Shown here in pieces: positions 57,413 through 64,000 of a stretch of DNA of 64,000 bases. The notes beneath the pieces are model-generated. The model did not search any database and was not told the DNA's origin. It was given only the letters and a program-made list of their open reading frames with translations. A program made the position numbers and the translations under genes. Origin of the DNA: an uncultured SAR86 cluster bacterium (GTDB lineage Bacteria > Pseudomonadota > Gammaproteobacteria > Magnimaribacterales > TMED112); assembly GCA_902526535.1 (NCBI GenBank), contig CABZLG010000001.1, positions 10,101 to 74,100 on the forward strand, given 5' to 3'. Numbering within the stretch: the stretch's first letter is position 1; every line of letters starts with the position of its first letter.

Positions 57413-58800
57413 TTCATATCTCCATAGTTTTGATCAAATATTTCTTGTGTTTCCTCAAATCTTTTCACAATCATATATGTAAGTATATGTTTTTTTGATA
57501 CAAGATACTTTACAAGTCCTTTAACACTATACTTATCTTTAAACCATGTTTTTAAGAACGGATTTGCCACACTCCAAAAATCTAATTCAGGATAAATTTG
57601 TCTACCCATACCCTCGATATGAACTAAAGTTTTAATTAAAAGCAAAAAATCATTGTCTAAGTAAAGATTAAATGGTCTCATAGCTTCTAGAAGATTTAAT
57701 AAAAGCTCACCAAATAAAATCTGAGACAGAGGTTTATCTAATAAATGTTCACAATTAATTCTTAAAATATTTTCTAATTCCTCAGTTTTTGTATCCTCAC
57801 TCACCCAATTGGCAAAAATGAAAAGTTGAGCCAAAGAATAAAAATCTTTTTTTAGTAAAGAAGATATCATCTGTGCAATTAATATTTGATTAGACTCAGA
57901 TAATGAACCACATATGGCGTAATCAACTGCATAGTAAAAAGGTTTTTTTGGCGATGTTTTAGCAGCAAAAATATTTCCAGGATGCATATCAGCATGAAAA
58001 AAATTATCTTGAAAAACTTGTTTTAAAAAAATTTTTACCCCACTCTCTGCCAAAGCTTTAAGGTTTAACTTATATTTCTTTAACTCTTTAATATTTGTAA
58101 CAGGAATTCCATCAATATATTCCATAACAATTATTTTTTTGGTCGTATATTTTTCTACAATCGCGGGCACATAAAGAAAACTACTATCTTGAAAATTCTC
58201 GTATGTCTTTTTTGCATTATTTGCTTCTAAACGAAAATCTAATTCATTATTAATAACTCTTTCGTAATCATTGATGATTTTCATTAAATCTATTCTTGGA
58301 TACGATTTTATAAAAAACCTTAATATCCTAATTCCAAATTTTACGAGGTTAATATCTCTTAGAATCTTTTCTTTAAGATCCGGCCTTTGAACTTTTACAA
58401 CAAATTTCTTTTTATCCATAAAAAAAACATGTACCTGTGCAAGTGATGCTGACGAAAGTGGTGTTTTGTCCATGTTATTTAGAATATTTTTAGATTTTTT
58501 CCCCAGTTCATTTTCAATGGTTTTTTTAATGTAATTAAACGATACTGCTTCACAATCATCAGTAAGCTTATTTAACTCTTTGGAGAGTTTTTTTGACACT
58601 AAATCTGTTCTAGTAGAGAGTAATTGGCCTAATTTTATATAGACTGGTCCAAAATCTTCTAAAATCTCTTTAAAATTTTGTTCTGGATTTTTTTTATTTA
58701 TAAATGGTACTAATAGAAAGTTGTATCTAATTCCAAATGTAGAAAATATTCCAGATGCCCGTACTTTGAATAATATATAAAAAAGTCTTAAAACGTTCAT
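57409..58800 (-). CDS. ubiB: Ubiquinone biosynthesis kinase-like protein UbiB
   Basis: [37 protein letters not shown]. Confidence 0.95.
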   Translation of the reverse strand: MNVLRLFYILFKVRASGIFSTFGIRYNFLLVPFINKKNPEQNFKEILEDFGPVYIKLGQLLSTRTDLVSKKLSKELNKLTDDCEAVSFNYIKKTIENELGKKSKNILNNMDKTPLSSASLAQVHVFFMDKKKFVVKVQRPDLKEKILRDINLVKFGIRILRFFIKSYPRIDLMKIINDYERVINNELDFRLEANNAKKTYENFQDSSFLYVPAIVEKYTTKKIIVMEYIDGIPVTNIKELKKYKLNLKALAESGVKIFLKQVFQDNFFHADMHPGNIFAAKTSPKKPFYYAVDYAICGSLSESNQILIAQMISSLLKKDFYSLAQLFIFANWVSEDTKTEELENILRINCEHLLDKPLSQILFGELLLNLLEAMRPFNLYLDNDFLLLIKTLVHIEGMGRQIYPELDFWSVANPFLKTWFKDKYSVKGLVKYLVSKKHILTYMIVKRFEETQEIFDQNYGDMK

Positions 58801-59546
58801 TTAATACCAGAATGAATACATACTATTCCGTTTGTTAGATCTTCAAATAAAACTTTTGAAAATTTATTTTTTTTCAACATTGATTTCAGTTCTTTCTGAT
58901 TTTCATGAGTTCTAATTGATTTAACTAAATACTCATAACTTTTTTTATCATCTGAGACTAATTTACCAATTGTTGGAATAATTTTGTAACTATAAAAATC
59001 ATATAGTTTTGAAAAAGCCACATTATTAACTTTTGAAAACTCAAGAATTCTTAAAGAACCACCTTTTTTTAATATTCTATAAATCTCTTTTAATGACCTA
59101 TCCTTATCTGAAAAGTTTCTAAATCCAAATGAAATTAAGACATGATCAAAAAAATTATTCTCGAATGGCAAAGACTCAGCCTCACTTATTGCAAATTTAG
59201 ATTTATTTATAAAACCTTCGTCCGCAGCTCGCTCCTTTGCTTTAAGTATCATCTCCTTATTCTGATCAACTAACCAAATATTTGATGAAGGGGAATGTTC
59301 ATAAATTAATTTAGCGATATCTCCTGTGCCTGAAGCTAAGTCAAGAATTTTAGATTTATCTTTGATATTTGTGTTTTTTACAAATTGCTTCTTCCAAGCC
59401 CTGTGAAGACCAAAGGACATTAAATCATTCATCAGGTCATAATTATCAGCAACTTGAGAGAAGATTTTATTTACTCCCTTCGTTTTTGTTTTTTTTTCAA
59501 CCTTCTCGTCTCCAAAAAATACTTTTTGATTATCTTTACTGGTCAT
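58797..59546 (-). CDS. ubiE: Ubiquinone/menaquinone C-methyltransferase
   Basis: YDLMNDLMSFGLHR, LDLASGTGD, FGFRN, LEFS. Confidence 0.97.
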   Translation of the reverse strand: MTSKDNQKVFFGDEKVEKKTKTKGVNKIFSQVADNYDLMNDLMSFGLHRAWKKQFVKNTNIKDKSKILDLASGTGDIAKLIYEHSPSSNIWLVDQNKEMILKAKERAADEGFINKSKFAISEAESLPFENNFFDHVLISFGFRNFSDKDRSLKEIYRILKKGGSLRILEFSKVNNVAFSKLYDFYSYKIIPTIGKLVSDDKKSYEYLVKSIRTHENQKELKSMLKKNKFSKVLFEDLTNGIVCIHSGIK

Positions 59547-59576
59547 ATAGAATTATTGTTTGAATAGAGAGTATAA

Positions 59577-60113
59577 ATGACAAATACAAATTTTCTAGCT
59601 TGGGTAGATTTAGAAATGACAGGTTTAGACCCTGAAAAACACCATATCATTGAAATTGGAAGTCTGATTACTGATGAGAATTTGAATATAGTTGAGGAAG
59701 GTCCAAATATTGCAATTTCGCAACAACAAGATGTTCTTGATTTAATGGATGAGTGGAATGTGAACCAACATTCTAAAACTGGATTAATTGAGTTAATTAA
59801 AAAAAGTGAAGTAAATATAAAAGAAGCAGAACTTAAAACACTTGAATTTTTTAAAAAACATTTAAAACAACACTCCTCGCCCCTTTGTGGTAGTAGTATT
59901 TCTCATGATAGACGTTTCTTAATCAAATATATGCCAAAACTTGCAAACCATTTCCATTACAGACATATAGATGTAACTTCTTTTAAAGAGTCACTAAAAA
60001 GATGGGATAAAGATTTTATAGAGTATAAGAAAAAAGCATCTCATAGGGCTATGGATGACATAAGAGAATCTGTAGAAGAGCTAAGGTATTACAAAGAAAA
60101 ATATATTAAATAA
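59577..60113 (+). CDS. orn: Oligoribonuclease
   Basis: WVDLEMTGL, DRRFL, HYRHIDV, HRAMDDIRES. Confidence 0.97.
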   Translation: MTNTNFLAWVDLEMTGLDPEKHHIIEIGSLITDENLNIVEEGPNIAISQQQDVLDLMDEWNVNQHSKTGLIELIKKSEVNIKEAELKTLEFFKKHLKQHSSPLCGSSISHDRRFLIKYMPKLANHFHYRHIDVTSFKESLKRWDKDFIEYKKKASHRAMDDIRESVEELRYYKEKYIK

Positions 60114-61695
60114 TTTTCTTCTTGTGATTTAGTTCAAATGTTTTTAGAACAAATCTTTCATAAGTTTTATTTTTAACAGTATCAACACCTACAAATGAGA
60201 CTTGCCCGGAGTATTGGTTTAGCTTAAGTGTTAAGTAACCTCTATTTCTTAAATTTGTCCAAACTAAATCTTTATTAATTTTTGTTACAGCTTTTTCAAG
60301 TGGTCTGACATCAAGTCCTCGGAATTCCTCGGATCCACCTGGCGCAGAAACTGATGGTGTGCCAAACTCAACTCCCTTAAATGTTCCAGAATTATCAGAA
60401 ATATTTCCAGCCCAACAATTATGAGTATCACCTGCTAGAAAAATATTGTTTGATGAAGTATTTATAGAATTTAAAAATCTTTCTCTATCTGCTGGATAGC
60501 CGTCCCATGCGTCTGTGTTATAAGGCAAATTTAAATTATTAATATATTTCAGAAATGTTGCTTGTGTTGAGAGATTATCAAGCATTTCAGATGGAAGAGG
60601 TGGTAATACAACTTTAGAAATTAAAACTTGTTGACCAAAAACATTCCAAAAAAATTTCTTCTTAGTTTCTTTAGCTATAAACCCTAGTTGTTCTCTACCT
60701 ATAAGACTACGCTTTTCATTGTTAAGATCATTTAGAAACTTATTTTTATCAAATTTCCCATCATTAATGTAGCTTGCATAACTAACTTGTTTATCTCTAT
60801 TACTTAGTCTTGTATCGAGAATGATTAAATTTATCAAGTTGCCAATCTCAAAATTTCTCCAACCTCTTTCTTTTGAATATTTTTCTCTGATAGGCATCCA
60901 TTCATAATATGCTTTTAACGCTGTTCTTTTTCTTAAATCAAATTTACCTTCAATTTTTTGATGATTTTCTGCACCATATTTCCATGCATCATTCGTTACT
61001 TCGTGATCATCCCAGATGGGAACCATAGGACGTGATTGATGTAATTTTTGAAGATTTTTGTCAGTTTTATACTGTGCGTGTCTGAGTCTATAGTCATGAA
61101 GAGTAAGAATTTCTTTTTCAGGGATTGGGATTCGCCCTAATTTATCTGCATCTTGTGTAGCATAACCACCATTTTCATATTCGTAAATGTAATCCCCAAG
61201 ATGTATGTTGAGATCAATGCTTTTATCTTCTGCTGCATCTTTATAAACATTAAAAAAACCTGCAGGGTGATTAGAGCAGCTAAAAATCGCAAGCTTATAT
61301 TCTTTAACGTTTCCTTTTGGAAGTGTTGATGTTATACCAATTGGTGAATACGTATCAGTACAAATAAAGCGAAAGTAAAACTTAGTTCCTGGAGGAAATT
61401 TAGCAAGATTTACATCAGCTTTGACTGTAAAATCTTTCTTTCTGTTTGTATGAAGAGTTCCAGTTGATGAGATTTTTGAAAAATCTTTATTTTTTGATAT
61501 CTGGTAAATTACTTTTTGTGACGAATCAAAGTTTTCTGGTGTAACTCTAGTCCAAATAATTACCTTGCTATTTGTTGGATCACCACTTGCTACACCATGT
61601 AAAAATTTTACTTTGTTAATCTTTTTTTGAACAGCAGCTAGTGCTGGCATAAAGAATAAAAGAGATAATGATTTAAGAAATGATCGTCTATTCAT
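60106..61695 (-). CDS. phoD: Alkaline phosphatase/phosphodiesterase PhoD family, Tat-exported
   Basis: NRRSFLK Tat motif, HGVASGDP, FSCSN, HLGDYIYE, WDDHE, LDTR, DAWDGY, GDTH. Confidence 0.94.
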   Translation of the reverse strand: MNRRSFLKSLSLLFFMPALAAVQKKINKVKFLHGVASGDPTNSKVIIWTRVTPENFDSSQKVIYQISKNKDFSKISSTGTLHTNRKKDFTVKADVNLAKFPPGTKFYFRFICTDTYSPIGITSTLPKGNVKEYKLAIFSCSNHPAGFFNVYKDAAEDKSIDLNIHLGDYIYEYENGGYATQDADKLGRIPIPEKEILTLHDYRLRHAQYKTDKNLQKLHQSRPMVPIWDDHEVTNDAWKYGAENHQKIEGKFDLRKRTALKAYYEWMPIREKYSKERGWRNFEIGNLINLIILDTRLSNRDKQVSYASYINDGKFDKNKFLNDLNNEKRSLIGREQLGFIAKETKKKFFWNVFGQQVLISKVVLPPLPSEMLDNLSTQATFLKYINNLNLPYNTDAWDGYPADRERFLNSINTSSNNIFLAGDTHNCWAGNISDNSGTFKGVEFGTPSVSAPGGSEEFRGLDVRPLEKAVTKINKDLVWTNLRNRGYLTLKLNQYSGQVSFVGVDTVKNKTYERFVLKTFELNHKKKII

Positions 61696-61706
61696 AATAT
61701 AAATTT

Positions 61707-62030
61707 TTATTTTGTCTTATCAGGCACTATATTCATAGGGAATTGAGCTAGATTCTTTGAATCAGCTTTAGAAATTTTTGACTTACCGATTTCGTTAACA
61801 ACATCAATTCTGACAATTGAGTTTATAGGTAAAAGAGTTTTTTGCACATCTGAAAATTCAGCTTTTAATTTTTCTTCAGACGTGTCTACAACTAAATTAT
61901 TTTTTGTATCAAAAATATAGCCCTCAATTTCAAGAAAAGCGTAAAAATCACTTTGGTATATATTTTTTGCGTAAATTTCGTATACTTCTCCAACTTGAAA
62001 AAATTTAATTTTGTAAATTTTTTGTTTCAC
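61707..62030 (-). CDS. DUF1820-family protein
   Basis: VYEIYAKNIYQS, EEKLKAEF, LPINSIVRID; divergent from miaB. Confidence 0.8.
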   Translation of the reverse strand: MKQKIYKIKFFQVGEVYEIYAKNIYQSDFYAFLEIEGYIFDTKNNLVVDTSEEKLKAEFSDVQKTLLPINSIVRIDVVNEIGKSKISKADSKNLAQFPMNIVPDKTK

Positions 62031-62042
62031 TATAATAAGAAT

Positions 62043-63368
62043 ATGCCAAAAAAATTATACATCAAAACACATGGCTGTCAGATGAATGAGTACGATTCAG
62101 AAAAGATGGCAAAGATACTAAAACAAGAAGCAAATTTTGAGATCACAAATTCAGAACATGAGGCAGATCTTATCGTTTTGAATACTTGCTCTATTCGTGA
62201 GAAAGCTCAAGAAAGAGTATTTCATCAGATTGGTAGATGGAGAAAGATTAAAAATAAAAAGCCAGGTCTCAAAATAGCAGTTGGTGGATGTGTTGCATCA
62301 CAAGAGGGCGATAAAATTATAAAAAGAGCACCAGAGGTTGATATTGTTTTTGGCCCACAATCACTCCATCGTTTACCGGAGCTTTACAAAAAGAAAGAAA
62401 AAGCAAAAAAAGCTCAAATTGACATATCTTTTCCAAAATTAGAAAAATTTTCTCATATGCCTGCTCCAGATAAAGGAGAACCATCATCCTTTGTTTCAAT
62501 AATGGAAGGGTGTAATAAATATTGCTCCTTTTGTGTGGTGCCGATGACAAGAGGCCATGAAGTATCAAGAACTGTTGAGGATATTCTTAGTGAGGTGAAG
62601 CTCTTATCTAAAAAGGGAACAGCTGAAATTCATTATTTAGGACAAAACGTTAATAACTTTAAAGGAACATATAGAGGTCAAGTTTCTTCACTTGCAAATC
62701 TTATTGAGTTAACTGGAAAAATCGATGGCATAAAAAGAATTCGATTTACTACGAGTCATCCACACGAATTTAAAGATGATCTTGTTGAGGCTTATGCAAA
62801 TGTTCCTCAATTGGTAAGCCATGTACATCTTCCAATTCAAAGTGGCTCTGATCGTATACTCAAACTTATGAGAAGAAGATACGACACAAATAAGTACTTA
62901 AAATTAGTTGAAAAAATTAAAAAAATAAGACCTGAAATACGTTTCTCATCAGATTTTATTGTTGGTTTTCCTGGTGAAACTGAAGAAGATTTTTTGGCCA
63001 CTATGAATATAGTTAAAAAAATAAAATTTGATACTTCATACAGCTTTATATACAGTCAAAGACCAAATACGCCTGCATCTCAAATGGAAGATAATGTGCC
63101 AGATAAAGTCAAAAAAGACAGGCTAGATTTATTACAAGAAAGATTAAATCATATATCTTTTGGTTATAGTAGAAAGCTAGTAGGTACAAAGCAGAATTGC
63201 CTAGTTATGGGAGTATCCAAAAAAGATCCTGGCCAGCTTCAAGCAAGAACAATCTGTGATAGAGTGGTAAATTTTCAGTCAGATGACTATGATTTAATCG
63301 GGCAATTGGTTAATATTCAGGTTAATGAAGCATTGCCTAACTCACTTAGAGGCGTAATAAATAATTAA
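62043..63368 (+). CDS. miaB: tRNA ms2i6A37 methylthiotransferase
   Basis: THGCQMNEYDS, NTCSIREKA, CNKYCSFC radical SAM motif; start at MPKKL. Confidence 0.98.
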   Translation: MPKKLYIKTHGCQMNEYDSEKMAKILKQEANFEITNSEHEADLIVLNTCSIREKAQERVFHQIGRWRKIKNKKPGLKIAVGGCVASQEGDKIIKRAPEVDIVFGPQSLHRLPELYKKKEKAKKAQIDISFPKLEKFSHMPAPDKGEPSSFVSIMEGCNKYCSFCVVPMTRGHEVSRTVEDILSEVKLLSKKGTAEIHYLGQNVNNFKGTYRGQVSSLANLIELTGKIDGIKRIRFTTSHPHEFKDDLVEAYANVPQLVSHVHLPIQSGSDRILKLMRRRYDTNKYLKLVEKIKKIRPEIRFSSDFIVGFPGETEEDFLATMNIVKKIKFDTSYSFIYSQRPNTPASQMEDNVPDKVKKDRLDLLQERLNHISFGYSRKLVGTKQNCLVMGVSKKDPGQLQARTICDRVVNFQSDDYDLIGQLVNIQVNEALPNSLRGVINN

Positions 63369-63372
63369 ATAC

Positions 63373-64000
63373 TTGTATAGTCAACAACTAAATTTTTCAA
63401 ACCTAAGTCCAGATAGATTAATTCTACTTTGCGGAGAATTTAATAAAAATTTAAAACAAATTGAAAAAGCCCTTCGTATTAAAGTTCTTCAAAACGGGAC
63501 AGAATTTGAATTAAAAGGAAAAAAAGAAGATGTTGGTATAGGAGTCTCTGCATTATTTAGTCTGAAAGAAAAATTGGAAACCAATTCAATAATAACCCCA
63601 GATGTTGTTCATCTAAGTTTACATTCAGCAAAATTTGAAGATAAAGAAAACGAAGAATCAAACTCGTCAAAGATTAAAACTCCTCGCACACTTGTGTCTC
63701 CTAGAGGAAAAAATCAAATTGCATATCTGGATAATATTAAAAAAAGTGATTTAACTTTTGGAATAGGGCCATCAGGTACGGGAAAAACTTTTTTAGCAGT
63801 TGCATGTGCGGTGGACGATTTAATAAACGAGAAAATAAGAAAAATTGTTTTAGTCAGGCCAGCTGTCGAGGCCGGAGAGAAGCTCGGTTTTCTACCAGGA
63901 GATTTGTCCTCAAAAATTGATCCATATCTTAGACCTTTATACGATGCTTTGCATGATATGTTAGGAGCAGAAAGAGTAACTAGGTTAGTTGAAAGAGATG
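63373..64000 (+). CDS. phoH: PhoH-like ATPase (YbeZ), runs off window
   Basis: Hand-translated LCGEFNKNLKQIE, GPSGTGKTFLAV, RPAVEAGEKLGFLPGD; follows miaB; TTG start uncertain. Confidence 0.93.
   Translation, partial: MYSQQLNFSNLSPDRLILLCGEFNKNLKQIEKALRIKVLQNGTEFELKGKKEDVGIGVSALFSLKEKLETNSIITPDVVHLSLHSAKFEDKENEESNSSKIKTPRTLVSPRGKNQIAYLDNIKKSDLTFGIGPSGTGKTFLAVACAVDDLINEKIRKIVLVRPAVEAGEKLGFLPGDLSSKIDPYLRPLYDALHDMLGAERVTRLVERD

Noticed and set aside
57297-57482. 61-aa plus-strand ORF
   Set aside because: Antisense to tatA and the end of ubiB
61953-62042. N-terminal extension of miaB in the ORF track (similar extensions on atpD, polA, mnmE, gshA)
   Set aside because: Overlaps the neighbouring gene; family similarity starts at the downstream start codon

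Overview
Housekeeping, origin-proximal segment of an AT-rich (roughly 30% GC by eye), very compact gammaproteobacterial chromosome. Gene content, gene order and compaction resemble a streamlined marine lineage such as SAR86 (inference). Order: atpCDGAHFEB, parBA, rsmG, mnmG, candidate oriC, mnmE, yidC, rnpA, rpmH | dnaA, dnaN, recF, gyrB | glyQS, lipid A acyltransferase, trkHA, fmt, def | purE, tsaC, hemF, aroE, yheV, a caa3-type oxidase cluster with assembly factors, a secreted hypothetical, an MDR oxidoreductase, gshA, pckA, dsbB, polA, engB, dsbA, cytochrome c5, ubiK-like, HAD hydrolase, xerC, dapF, tkt-pgk-fba, LOG, acs, an SDR, tatABC, ubiB/ubiE, orn, phoD, DUF1820, miaB and phoH (partial). 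I saw no rRNA, tRNA, CRISPR array or mobile element. Notable signals missed by the ORF track: (1) a 38-aa ArfA/ArfT-like ribosome-rescue ORF overlapping the end of tatC; (2) two identical variant parS palindromes (TGTTCTACGTAGAACA) inside recF; (3) a compact oriC with DnaA boxes and DnaA-trio-like repeats abutting mnmG; (4) two secreted hypothetical proteins with predicted mature X-X-His (ATCUN-like) N-termini, each preceded by 11-bp-phased direct repeats. Also notable: a homodimeric GlyRS at the usual glyQ/glyS position, a GyrB lacking the ~170-aa proteobacterial insert, and a Cys-bounded acidic insertion in ATP synthase subunit a.
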